Part shown: piece by piece, positions 1-13,094 of the stretch | How the letters are laid out: every line of letters begins with the position of its first letter | Position numbering within the stretch: position 1 is the stretch's first letter | The notes under the pieces: model-generated | Told to the model about the DNA's origin: nothing | Databases searched by the model: none | What the model saw: only the letters and a program-made list of their open reading frames with translations | Translations under genes and position numbers: made by a program | Source of the DNA: Octopus sinensis | Taxonomy: Eukaryota | Length of the DNA: 52,318 nucleotides | NCBI RefSeq assembly: GCF_006345805.1 | Contig: NW_021834255.1 | Coordinates: 1 to 52,318, forward strand | Reading direction: 5' to 3'

Positions 1-80
1 AGGCTTTAGACAAAGCGGTCGTCGGCATCTTACCATCTCGTATGGCAGCTTGTTCCACGGATCAGCAACCCGGACGGATA
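1..80 (-). mobile_element. CR1/L2-like LINE, 3' end of ORF2 (fragment, runs off the window edge)
   Basis: Minus strand translates to SVRVADPWNKLP.EMV, matching the RV...WN.LP..VV motif at the C-terminus of CR1/L2 ORF2. Confidence 0.6.
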
Positions 81-102
81 TACATATATACATATGTATA
101 TA

Positions 103-640
103 TACTGGGTGGGTGAAAAGTATGTAGGCATTAAAATTTGATATTAACATTCATATTCCTTTTACAAATTTATTGAAACAAATGGTACATGTTATTTATT
201 AAATGGGAAAATGGAAGTAAATCTTCATATTTCATCGTAAGCACGGTAGCGTCAACCAATTTCCTCAAAAAACCATGTATAGGATGAGAAACCTTCTGAA
301 GGACGTCGTCTGGGATATCATTGAGAACCTCCAGATTCCGTGTCTCCAAGTCCTCCAGTGTGCGAGGTTTTGGCTTGTACGCGTCGTTTTTTTGTGTAAC
401 CCCACAGGTGAATATCACATGGAGTGTGATCTGAACTTCTTGGAGTTCTGGACTTCTGGATTTCTGCGGCCACAGTCATCAGGTTTTAGCATCTCAACGT
501 AATGAGGTTTTCACGGACGAAAATTCAGTTCTTTACGCAACACCGTACGTATTGTGTATCTTGTTAGTCCGCCTTCATGAGCTACATGACGTTGATTTTT
601 GCGGGCTGCGATTAAACATTTCCTGCGGCCGGACATCTGG
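103..640 (-). mobile_element. Internally deleted Tc1/mariner-like transposon
   Basis: Minus-strand frames give an HTH/linker segment (RTVLRKELNFRP*KPHYVEMLKPDD) joined directly to the C-terminus (WP..RSSDHTPCDIHLWGY; YKPKPRTLEDL). A TA+CTGGGTGGGTGAAAAGT TIR-like end lies at 103. A short CCAGAAGT expansion sits inside the WPxRSPD motif. Confidence 0.75.
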
Positions 641-749
641 AAAATAAGAAATAAATCAATAAGAAAATACAAAAAAATCTCCATTAGTAATGCCTGGTTA
701 AAAAATATTTTCCTCGTGATTTCAGTGATACTAAAAATTCTATAAGCAA

Positions 750-1144
750 CTAGCAGTATCGCCCGGCGTTGCTCGGGTTTGTAAGGGAAATAACTATATA
801 AGCATTTTTAGAGATGTAAAGTATAATAGCCATCTCAATATGGCTAACCACAAAGGGGGGGGTGTTTCTGTAGCTTTTTACGTTCTGAGATTTAATAATA
901 AATTTTTAGACAGTTACTTCCCTTATATATGCCAAAAATGCATTAAAATGGGAAAAATTGATGGTAATTTTTTTTTAAATCGTAGCCACATCGTAGACGC
1001 GCGCTAATACCCACAAGGGCTCGATATGAATCACGACTATAAGATACCCGGTTTTGGTTAAACTGCACCGCAAAATGTGGGAGTAGTTAGGAATCTAAAT
1101 CGTAAGAGACAGACAGCACACAACCTCACTTTTATATATAAAGA
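750..1144 (-). mobile_element. Non-autonomous Helitron, copy 1
   Basis: On the minus strand it starts TC and ends CTAG, has a GC-rich hairpin (762-777) 8 nt before the CTAG, sits between A and T, and has no TSD. Homologous to 18866-19266. Confidence 0.85.
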
Positions 1145-1161
1145 TTTCTAATGCCTGGTTA

Positions 1162-1407
1162 CTTTTGGTAAAATTTGATGCAGATTCTCTGCTCAACTTT
1201 CACTGTCACGGTCAAAGCGATGATCACACGCTACACACCTTCCTTCAAAACACTGCTGTAAACAGCGGAAGCAAGCTAGAACTTTAAAACTTAGTGCGCA
1301 TACACAGCAAAGTTCAAGGTCCAGTTGTGCCAAGCGGTTTTACTCTGTATGATTTAGCTTCGTTACTATGGCAACAATCCAAATACGTATTGATCAGACC
1401 AGTTATA
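1162..1407 (-). mobile_element. Mariner-derived MITE family M, single arm (TIR + 5'UTR + transposase start)
   Basis: Homologous to the arms of 34948-35745 and 40927-41749. Confidence 0.75.
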
Positions 1408-1456
1408 CACACACACAAACACACATACACACACATATATATATACATATATATAG

Positions 1457-1675
1457 AAGGCGGCGAGCTGGCAGAAACGTTAGCACGCTGGGCGAAATGC
1501 GTAGCTGTATTTCGTCTGCCGTTACGTTCTGAGTTCAAATTCCGCCGAGGTCGACTTTGCCTCATCTTTCGGGGTCGATAAATTAGTACCGTTACGCACT
1601 GGGGTCGACGTAATCCGTTTGTCTGTCCTTGTTTGTCCCCTCTGTGTGTAGCCTCTTGTGGGTAGTAAAGAAATA
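1457..1675 (+). mobile_element. tRNA-derived SINE family A, full length, tail type 1
   Basis: Head GGCGGCGAGCTGGCAGAAACGTTAGC, B-box-like GAGTTCAAATTCC, core GGTCGACTTTGCC...GGGGTCGATAAAT, tail ...GTGGGTAGTAAAGAAATA. Many paralogues in the window. Confidence 0.9.
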
Positions 1676-2239
1676 TATATATACATATATCGGATATGAT
1701 CATATATAAATATATATGTATATATGTATATACGCACACATACACACACACGCGCACACACATGCATACATATGCAACCTCATCGGTAGCAAATTCCTCC
1801 AATCTCACCCCAGCCTCCCTGCAATCTTCCCCCAACAGCCGCATTCTTTTCCTCTTCATATATTTATCCTTAAAAAGTCTCCTATCGTTTCCGTTCGACA
1901 AGTTCGAGAGGTTCTGAAAAATTATCAACTTAAAGATTCACGAATTACTTCGATTTATATTGAAGATTAAATTTATCTACATACTTATATTGATTATATC
2001 TATCTGCGTACTACCAATTAAATCAAAGTATTGATTTATGCTACTTAAATTTTTCATTATCCAATGATGTTGAGAATCTGAATAAAAATTCAGGAATGAA
2101 CTGGAATCATTTCTTTTTACAAGAGAGAAGCAATTCAAAAACGAAGTCGTTAATTGGTAAATAAATTCCCACGAAAGTAGTTTCAAATACTTAGGAGAGA
2201 ACTCAGTAGATGTACTCAAACATATAGACTTATATGTAC

Positions 2240-2357
2240 GTCTGTCTATCTATCTATCTGTCCATCTATCTTTCTATCTATCTGTCCATCTATCTTTCTA
2301 TCTATCTGTCCATCTATCTTTCTATCTATCTGTCCATCTATCTTTCTATCTATCTAT
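2240..2357. repeat. (CTAT)n-derived array with a 24-bp higher-order unit (CTATCTATCTGTCCATCTATCTTT x4)
   Basis: Read directly. Confidence 0.9.
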
Positions 2358-3074
2358 CAGCGGATATATGCATCTATTTAAATATATGCAAATATATAAG
2401 TGCATGTGTGTGTGTATGTGTGTGTGTGTGTAGATTCGAAACGATATTTAATATTGAATAATATCTTTTGCTTCGAAGTTTCGACGTTAAAACTGGCTTC
2501 TTAAAGAAATTTTAAGAAGACAATTTTAACGATACTTCGACGTAAACAGTTCGTATAAATATCAATACATAAATACACAAATATATATATATATATACAT
2601 ATATTAATAGTGATTGTGAACACATACATATATGCATATATATTTATACAGTCAAACATTCATACATATATATACATGTGTGTGTGTATATGCATATATG
2701 TATATACATATACATACATACGTACATCTATCTATCTATCTATCCATCTTTCTAATGACTTAATTAATTGCTGCCCGAGCGTAAGTCAAGAAGTCTGGCA
2801 TATAAGCATTTAGAATAAAATCAAGTAATTTAGATATTTAGATATTTAAATTTTATTCCACATTGATATTTTCCCATAGTATTAAATGCTTATATATTTT
2901 TTTATTCGTTCGATTATTTTTGCAAGTAAAACATTCCAGCTGAAACTCAGGAATTATTTAAATAATAAACCATGTTTATTCTCGGTATTTAACACCGTTT
3001 TCATTCGTCTAGTTGAGACAAATTCAACTAAAGAATTAATCCTTGAAATATTACACATTATAATACGTCAACTT

Positions 3075-3192
3075 TGTCTTTCAGCCTTTCGGAGTCGATA
3101 AGAATAAGTAACAGTCGAGCACTGGGGTCGATGCAATCGACTCGTTCCTCTCCAACAAAATTTCAGGCCTTGTGTCTACAGTAGAGAGGATT
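3075..3192 (+). mobile_element. SINE family A, 3' half, tail type 2
   Basis: Core ...GGAGTCGATAAG...ACTGGGGTCGATGCAATCGAC, tail AAAATTTCAGGCCTTGTGTCTACAGTAGAGAGGATT. Confidence 0.75.
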
Positions 3193-3319
3193 ACAGTACA
3201 CACACACACACACGCCCAAACACACACACATACACACACATATATACTTATATATGTATATATACATGTATATATATATATATATATATAATATATATAT
3301 TATATATATATATATAATA

Positions 3320-3360
<41 letters not shown>

Positions 3361-3361
<1 letters not shown>

Positions 3362-3761
3362 CTTGGCGATACCTGCTCAGAGGCCAACGCAAAGTTTTCA
3401 AAATGTTTTCATCGTTCTCGACACCATCAAGCAGATCTTGTGCAGCATGGGGGTCAGCTGAAAGCAGTTTTCGCACAAAGTTGGTTGACACGCGTCTCAT
3501 ACCCAAATCTTCAGTGATAATCAACTGAACTAAATTGTAACTAATCTGTACATCCTCTGATAACTCACGAATGGTGATTTAACAATTTCCCCTCAGAGTT
3601 GCACGCACATCTGCGATGTCTTTCTCAGTTCTGCTGGTTGCGGGGCTCCCAGATCATATGTCGGTATCGACATTATTTCGGCTATCTTGGAAACGTCAGA
3701 ACCATTCGTGAACTTGTGTGACGCTCATATACTCCTCTCCATACACTTTCTGCAACTTTGA

Positions 3762-3762
<1 letters not shown>
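3361..3762 (-). mobile_element. Mariner family M, internal fragment of the transposase HTH/linker
   Basis: Translation IITEDLGMRRVSTNFVRKLLSAD...VENDENILKT, typical of Mos1-type mariner linkers. Confidence 0.85.
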
Positions 3763-4665
<903 letters not shown>

Positions 4666-5024
4666 CAGGGAGATAAATAGACAGGCAGACAGGGTGATAG
4701 ACAGACAGACATAAACATATGTGTGTGTATCTCGGGGTTTGTGTATATATTTATATAATCACTCGCTGTTTACTTTTTGGATGCGGCAAATGACCTTCGT
4801 TCACTAATAGTAATCCACTCTGACCCTGAGCTCATCACCTGCGAACAACCTGCATTGCAGAGGTTAATAAGAGAAATACTATGTAGCTGCTTCGGTTATT
4901 GAAACTGATGCAAGTCTTTGTAAACTAGCTCAATATGTTTCTTATATTTTTTTCTGTTTCATACTACCGTGTATGAAATAGGCGTGTGTGTCTGTGTAAG
5001 TGCTTTTATGTTGATGTGCGTTTG

Positions 5025-5074
<50 letters not shown>

Positions 5075-5158
5075 TGTGAGAGAGAGAGAGAGTTTTCATA
5101 TAGACAAATAAAAAAGTGTTGAAGTTATTTTTGAACACCTGCGGTACTGGAATTATAT

Positions 5159-5545
5159 TTGTTGTTGTCGTGTTTTTTGTCGTTGTTGTTCTTCTTCTTC
5201 TTGTTGTTGTTGATGATGATGATGTTGATGATGATGATGACGATGATGACAAGGGGCAGGGATGGGGTGCGCGACGCTGTGATGACTGTGACTATCCTTA
5301 TAAATAACATTATTGTCATTATGATGTCAATTAGGAGGTACGCAACGATGATGTCCATGATGATGACAGTTTCTGCATTGATATTGTTATTGCGGTTGAT
5401 GGTTGATGATGATGATGATGATGGAGACGCTGCTGTTGATGATGATGCGGAGGAGGGGGGTTATGATGATGATGACGACGACGACGACGACGATGATGTT
5501 GATGTTGATGATGATGATGATGAAGACGTTTATGATGATGATGGT
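5159..5545. repeat. (GTT)n/(GAT)n/(GAC)n degenerate trinucleotide array
   Basis: Read directly. Source of the poly-D/poly-M pseudo-ORFs. Confidence 0.9.
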
Positions 5546-5751
5546 CATTGAGACTAGTATATTCCTGAAGGTGGCAACGCCTAAATTAAAATTCAGTTCC
5601 GACGATGCCCGGCTGATCCATCATGATGGAGGTCGATATTACGAGAGCAGCAGCAGCAGCAGACCGAAAACAGTTGAAAATTCTCAGTTTTATAAGAATG
5701 TATATATGTCCGTATATGTATATACATTCATTATACATAGATGCATATGTG

Positions 5752-5864
<113 letters not shown>

Positions 5865-5889
5865 ATATATATTATATACATATATATAT

Positions 5890-5948
<59 letters not shown>

Positions 5949-6254
5949 ATTTAGATATACGTGTGTGTGCACACACATACACGCGCACACACTCTGTTTG
6001 GTTATGGGTAGACGTGGATAGGATGAGAACATTAACAGCTGGTGTCTCTTCCAGACGTCGCCATCTTTGATATTCTATTTCCTTCAACTTCCAATGTCTA
6101 AATTTATCGCTTTTATATTTGAATTCAGAATTTTTTAAACAGTAACTATTTATACCTTCATACATAATTCTCACTTGAAACAAACACATATGTAACTGGA
6201 ACTAGCATAATTGTGGTTATATATATATATATATATATATACATATATATATAG

Positions 6255-6322
<68 letters not shown>

Positions 6323-6326
<4 letters not shown>

Positions 6327-6728
6327 CTGTGTGGTAAGTAGCTTGCTAACCAACCACATGGTTCCGGGTTCAGTCCCACTGCGTGGCATCTTGGGCAAGT
6401 GTCTTCTGCTATAGCCCCGGACCGACCAATGCCTTGTGAGTGGATTTGGTAGACGGAAACAGAAAGAAGCCTGTCGTATATATGCATATACATATATATG
6501 TATGTGTGTGTATATGTTTGTGTGTCTGTGTTTGTCCCCCTAGCATTGCTTGACAACCGATACTGGTGTGTTTAGGTCCCCGTCACTTAGCGGTTCGGCA
6601 AAAGAGACCGATAGAATAAGTACTGGGCTTACAAAAAGAATAAGTCCCGGGGTCGATTTGCTCAACTACAGGCGGTGCTCCAGCATGGCCGCAGTCAAAT
6701 GACTGAAACAAGTAAAAGAGTAAAGAGT
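6323..6728 (+). mobile_element. tRNA-derived CORE-like SINE family B, full length
   Basis: A-box TGGCTGTGTGG, B-box GGTTCAGTCCC, CORE-like CTTGGGCAAGTG, internal (TA)/(TG) tract, tail ...ATGACTGAAACAAGTAAAAGAG. Confidence 0.9.
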
Positions 6729-6834
6729 GTACATATATATATATATATGAAATATATTGTTCACTATTCTTTTATCTTATTTCATTATTTTTTATATTCT
6801 TACTATTCTCTTATGATGTGGTCCGTGTTATTGA

Positions 6835-6988
6835 GTTGCGACTCTTTACGTTCTGAGTTCAAATGGCACCGAGCTCGGCTTTGCTTTTCATATTTTCAAA
6901 GTTGATGAAATAGGTACCAGTTCAGCACCGACATCGATGCAATTGACTTGCCCCTTCCCACAAAACTTCAGGTCATAGTAGAAAGGAT
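6835..6988 (+). mobile_element. SINE family A, 5'-truncated, tail type 2
   Basis: TTACGTTCTGAGTTCAAAT...TAGTAGAAAGGATT. Confidence 0.7.
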
Positions 6989-7374
6989 TTTTTTTTTTTT
7001 ACTTGTTTCAGTCATTTTGACTGCGGCCATGCTGGTGCACCGCCTTTAATTGAGCAAATCGACCCCGGGACTTATTCTTTGTAAGCCCAGTACTTATTCT
7101 ATCGGTCTCTTTTGCCGAACCGCTAAGTGACGGGGACGTAAACACACCACCATCGGTTGTCAAGCAATGCTAGGGGGACAATCACAGACACACAAACATA
7201 CACGCACGTACATATATATATACATATATACGACGGGCTTCTACCAAATCCACTCACAAGGCTTTGGTCGGCTCGAGGCTATAGTAGAAGGCACTTGCCC
7301 AAGGTGCCACGCAGTGAGACTGAACCCGGAACCATGTGGTTGGTAAACAAGGTACTTACCACAGAGCCACTCCT
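6989..7374 (-). mobile_element. SINE family B, full length
   Basis: Reverse-complement homologue of 6323-6728. Confidence 0.9.
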
Positions 7375-7389
7375 GATGATTATTATTAT

Positions 7390-7455
<66 letters not shown>

Positions 7456-8579
7456 GAGTAGTAGGAGAAGCGGCAGCAGCAGCAGCAGATCCTAGGGAAG
7501 GTAGGATCGCTGAGTGTGGAACTATATATATATATATCCATAAAAATATTACTGAGATCGATTTAACCGGTTTTAACTTCATCCCAAAATGCGTGACCTT
7601 GTACTAAACATACCACTAATTATCATTTTTACTGATGTTGTTCTTATGTTTCTTGTAATTTATAATCATCATCATCATCATCGACAACGTCATCATCATC
7701 CTCATCACCAATCGCACGTAGCCAGAAAAGGATGAGAAACCAATTGTGTTTCTTGCCTGTGTTTTAAGCTCATTTTATGGCATTTCAATAAACTTAATTC
7801 GAAATTTATGATTTACGGTCGTCACCTCAGCTTTTAAGTTTTCAATATGTTTTTTTTACGTGTTTTATATTTTTCGTATATAATTTATCCATCACCCATT
7901 TATTGTTCTTATTTTCCATTGTTTGTATTAATTCTTTTGTGAGATTTTAGTTCCCTTTTCTAATTTTATATGGTTTTCTAGAGTGGAATCGCTTGTCACA
8001 AAATCATTTTAAGCTTTCACCCTTGAACTGAAAGTATGTTAGGTAGAGTGGTAGTAACTTTTAAAATGCTAGAGGAATGTGGAACTCATCTATATACGCC
8101 TGTTAGTGTAAGCATAGGAGTGAAATATTACACACTCTCTGCATATTACATACAACACATACTGCAATTCCTTACTGCACATTACTGCACATTCCATACA
8201 ACACACAGTTAGCAAATAACGTTGCTAAGAATGCGAATAAAAATCCAAAATTTGCAAGGAGTGGAATAGGTACAATATTGGCTACATATGTTTCTTAACT
8301 AGCTGATGCTTATTATGTAAGCCTCATACAATGAACTCTCCTCAGCGTAGCTAGTCATCAGGCCGAAATTATCACCACCAAGTTTACATCGCCGCAAGAA
8401 ATAAACAAACAATGAGTCGCATAACCATAAGCGAAAGCTATATCGTCCTGGAAAATGCTTTCATCATATGTATTCCCCACAATTCTGCCGACTTTACTCA
8501 TTTCTCTCCTCCTTTTCATATGAAAATATAAAACGATGAATAAACCCTTAGTAACTTCGTACCTAAAGAGATGCAACTA

Positions 8580-8975
8580 AATCGAAACAGAAACTGATGC
8601 AACAAAAATGTTCCAACTAAGTTAAAAACAACGCTAGTGCGAGCGCTCATTTGGCCAAAGCATTTATAGTTGCGAAGCATGGGCTCTGAACAAATCTGAA
8701 GAGAACATAACCAATGTATTTGAAACGTGGGTGTATAGGAGAATGCTACAAGTTTCTTACAAGTACCATCAGACCAATAAATGGTTGTTACAACAAGTAA
8801 ATGAAAGAGGACAATATACGAACATTGTGAAAAAGAAGTTCATTTATCATGGTCATACTCGATGAAGCAGTGGTCTGAAAAACGCTATAATAGAAGGAAG
8901 AGTAGAGGGTAGTAGATCAAGAGGCAGGCAGAGAACGAACTGGTTGGACAAATGGGGCAGGGCAGTTGGAGAACT
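8580..8975 (+). mobile_element. RTE-clade LINE, C-terminal part of the ORF (degenerate)
   Basis: TKLKTTLVRALIW...CEAWALNKSEE...FETWVYRRMLQVSY...NAIIEGRVEGSRSRGRQRTNWLD matches RTE C-terminal motifs (CEaWtL, EG.v.G.R.RGR.r..W.D). Confidence 0.85.
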
Positions 8976-9744
8976 CGATCTTCATCTGAACAAACTTTCA
9001 TTGTAGTGTTAGTGGTGACGACGAAGATACAAATATTAAGGATTATATATTTGTTTTTTTTTTGCATTTGACTTTGAAGATTCTTTATGTAAAATCGTAT
9101 GTTGAAACAAATATTGTAGCATCCTGGGAAAGTCGTTTAATTTTTAGGTTTCGACTAGTTAACCATTTAGCAAAGTAATTAATTGTTTGTTTGATTAATC
9201 GTTCACTCAGTGAGTCAAGTAAGTTGGTCAAAGTTCGTTCGTTGCCATTCGTAACCTCATCAATAACACGTTCTCTCTGCTCCAGATTTTCAGGTCTCCT
9301 GAAGCAGACGATAAATCAAACAATCGACTAGCTAATTGGTTAAACGGTTTACTGGCTGAATAAGAATGATAAAAAAAGTGAAACAATACCAATGCATGTG
9401 TTTATTTTTGACATAATGACCCTCCCAAGATACAATAAAAAGAAATAGTTTTTAGTTGCAACGAAAATAAAAGAGAAAAGAAAAGAAAACTGAATTCAAT
9501 AAACGCCGATAGTTCATTCCAATAAACTCAAAATGACTTCACAAACGCAAAACTAAAATAATATTGACTTCTAGCAAAACAATTCACATCTTCACAATGG
9601 AGATGAAGAATCAATAAAACAACATCTTATAAAATATTTTTTATAGAGCGTCTTATTAAATATTTATATATGGAGAACACGGCAAGGTGAGAGTTCTTCA
9701 AAAATATTGTTTTTTATAAGCGTGTGTGAGTGTCAAATACTGCG

Positions 9745-10383
9745 AATTAGCAGAGTCGTTAGTGCCTCAGACAGAAAGTCTCACAGCATTTCTTCCCGTT
9801 CTTAGTACTCCGTGTTCGAATCCTACCGATGTCGATTATCTTACATCATTCCGCGGTTGAATAAAAACAATGCCGGTCCAGTCAAGGGCTATGCATTGGT
9901 GGAACTGTAAAAACGTCGTGCCGGTTGCCTTGTGGTATTATTGGATTCCGAGTTCCAATTACGTTATGGCCTACCATCGGATTAACCCTACAACCGTATT
10001 AACATCACTATGCAGCACTTTGTTGCCTTTGGCGGAAGAGTTGCAAGTATACGGATTAGGGTTTCTGGTCAGAGGAGAGCTTCTACCTTTTTTTTTCCTG
10101 CCAGGCTCGACGGCTCTATAAAAGTTCATGGCAACTGCCTCCCCTCTTCAATGAAATATTTATTATTCTTATATATTGATTTCAAATTTTGACAAATATA
10201 GCAAGTTTATGGGAGGAGATGTCGAGCGCATCCTTCCCACTGTTCAACTGGGACTTATTTTATCAACGCCAAAAGAATGAAACGCAAAGTCACCCTCAGC
10301 GAAGTTTGGGCTTAGAACTACGGACGAAATGCCACTAAGCATTTTACTCGGCACGGTAAAGATTCTGCCAGATCGCCGCCTTT
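9745..10383. mobile_element. Two degenerate SINE A copies (9745-9900 +, 10195-10383 -)
   Basis: Partial matches to the family A head and core. Confidence 0.6.
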
Positions 10384-10428
10384 CTCTTATTACATATTGA
10401 TATCTTATTATTATTAAACATTATAGAT

Positions 10429-10579
10429 GCGGGTGTGGCTCTGTGGTAAGAAGCTTGTTTCCTAACCACATTGTTCTGGGTTCAGTCCCACTGCGTAGCA
10501 CCTGGGCGAGTATCTTCTACTATAGCCTCGGGTCAATTAAAGCCTTGCGGGTGGATTTGGTAGAACTGTAAGAAGTCTG

Positions 10580-10632
<53 letters not shown>

Positions 10633-10803
10633 TCATGTGTGTGTATGTGTGTGTATCTGTCTCTGTGTCTGAGTTTGACCCCCATCGCCGCTTGGCAACC
10701 GGTGCTGCACTGTTTACGACCTCGTAATCAAGCAGTTCGACAAAAGAGATCAATGGAATAAGTACTGGGCTCAATTCATTCAGCTAAGATTCTTCAAGGC
10801 AGT
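10429..10803 (+). mobile_element. SINE family B, diverged
   Basis: Same head, CORE-like segment and internal (TA)n as the other B copies. Confidence 0.85.
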
Positions 10804-11964
10804 TAAAAAGATAAAAAGAGAAAAAAAGTATTTCATTCTTATTAAATATTCTTTCAAAGAACAATAAGTATGCGAAACACATATGTAAAACTGGAGCTCA
10901 AAACACAAAGGTTCTCTTGTGCGTATTTTGTGGAATAACTGCGCATGTGCATAAGTGAGACATCTAGTGAAAATATTCAAACCATAAATCTTTATAAAAA
11001 TTAAATTCTTGTTAGATAACGTCGTAAAAAAAATTTAACGTGAAAAAGTTACACTTCATTATATTAACACGGGGAAACCACTTAAGGCCAGACACAGATC
11101 ACAATGGTTTTATGGACAAAGCCCTACTCTGTCAGTTTTAGGATCCTCTTTTGCAGTTACTGACATTGACAGTAAGATAATACGCTCTCTGGTTGCAAAT
11201 AAACGCCAGTAATCCCCGCTCATCAAAACTGTCATATTATCAATTAATCGATCAGTCAATTAATCAATCAGCCAACCTATAAATCAGTCCATAACAAAAT
11301 ATTTCCATAGACATGAAGACAGTTCTTCCTCATTACCACAAGATTTAATAAATCAATAAACAGTTTTATAATTATATAAAACTGATTTATGCTAGGAAAT
11401 ACATGAATCATTCTAAATTTTATCGATTGGATTTTGTCCGTCAATTATAATTCCTTTATATTAATATCTGGTTTTAGTTTGATTCGAACCAGATGAGAGA
11501 AAATTACTCGTTTGGACGAGAAGCTATTCTACTGAAAGTACATCCACTAAATGAATTAGTAGCACCACTTCTGAGTAGAAAATTTAACATACCAGGTCAC
11601 CTAATGTTTATTCACTAAAGTTCTGTGTGTGACTCTGTGTATGTGTGTGTGTGTATTAAGTTATCTCAGGTTTGTCATGAGGGGTTAGACTAAGCTAATA
11701 AAAATAAAAGGTGTCGGGCGTTGTCTATATTGCCACTGAACTACCAAAGGTTCCATTCGTTCTCAACTACATTCTATTTTCGTTAATTTTAATTTGAATT
11801 AATTTAAAGTGTCTCCTCTGACTTCTTTAACCAGAATTGATCACTAATGAAATTTTCTTCCCATTACAGATGTAATTCGAATTCATTAGCATTTCATATC
11901 TCATTACTTTAAGTATATTGACACTCATTTTGCCAGGCAGATATATCCCAACAATTTGCCAAAG

Positions 11965-12180
11965 TCGTTAGATTTCAGGTACAGAATTCCTCGCGGTATT
12001 CTCCCCGACTTACTGAGTTCTCAATCATTACCGAGTTCAACATTGCTCTGTATCCTTCGGGTGTCGATAAAAAAAAAAAAACAGAATTACCAGTATAGTG
12101 GCAGTGAATTGGCTAAAATGTCAAATGCTTCCATCTCTTTGCATTCTGAGAACAAACCGTGCCCTATCATCGAAAAAGGG
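11965..12180 (+). mobile_element. SINE family A, degenerate
   Basis: CTGAGTTC..., CCGAGTTCAACATTGC...TCCTTCGGGTGTCGATAAAA resemble the A core. Confidence 0.55.
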
Positions 12181-13094
12181 TGACACTTCTATCAGAAGAT
12201 ATGACCGAGAAAATAGAATGAGGACTTTGTAAAAAGTGAAATAGAAGCATAAGTTTTTCAGAAGAATGACTCCTACTATTGTCACTATAAGCCTATTAGT
12301 GAAACTGTTTTGATAAAATACACGGATTAATACCTCTGGTAGATCATATTTGTTAGTGTGTCAAATACTTAACATGGCGCCATGACCAATACCACATTTG
12401 ATTCCGTAACCTATAAGTAACTTAAATACTACATCTAACGTATCTACGAATTATTTATACACGTCAGTCCCCTGCTGGTAATTAGCTTTTGTCTTGTCTT
12501 TCAGTTATTTGTCTGCTAATCAATTATTTCTTGAGATTCTTTTATAGAGTTGCGTTGATGATTTAATAATGAAGAACTTCTAAGGAAAGTAATACCGGTC
12601 GAGTTATGTGTATGAACATGTCTGTGAGCGTATGTGTCTGCATCTATGTGTGTGTGTGGTGTGTGTGTATGTGCATGTCTATGTGAGCCTCTGTGCGTGT
12701 GTACGCGTGTGTGTGTGTGCGTGTATGTGTGTGTGTGTGTCTGTGTGGTTCTCTTTTTAGTCTTGAAATAAAAACATAAAAATCGATATTAATTTAGCCA
12801 CGCACTGATTTAACTTTCCTGATTAACAATGTTAGTCTCCCACTTTGTGTCTATCGTCCAAGCAATATTCGTTCTGTTGTCATTGTTGTTGTAATTGCCG
12901 TTATATTGGTTTAGGAGGTTAGATATGATATTCGTTATCACGGTTATCAGGATTAGAATAGCAGACGAATCTGGTGATCAATGTTCTAATATTGATGACA
13001 TTGATAGTTAGTTTTTGTGATAATATCAATTATTTTAATATTGCTACAGCAGCTACTGTTGTTACGTCTAGTAATGATAATAATTATTTTTCTT

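Noticed and set aside
688-1161. 13-bp direct repeat TAATGCCTGGTTA on both sides of the Helitron, and partial similarity to the mariner TIR at 103
   Set aside because: The repeat is offset from the Helitron ends (Helitrons make no TSD), and the ACTTTTGG following it belongs to mariner family M. No coherent element boundary.
5990-6189. Protein-like minus-strand ORF (…FRHWKLKEIEYQRWRRLEETPAV…) containing AAGATGGCG
   Set aside because: No good splice sites or recognisable homology. The ATG opens only 10 codons.
11041-11171. Open frame (…NTGKPLKARHRSQWFYGQSP…) ending at CA|GTAAGA
   Set aside because: In-frame stop upstream and no compatible acceptor.
11937-11978. Possible 42-nt exon (ADISQQFAKVVRFQ)
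   Set aside because: The donor is weak, it overlaps a degenerate SINE A, and the peptide is not recognised.
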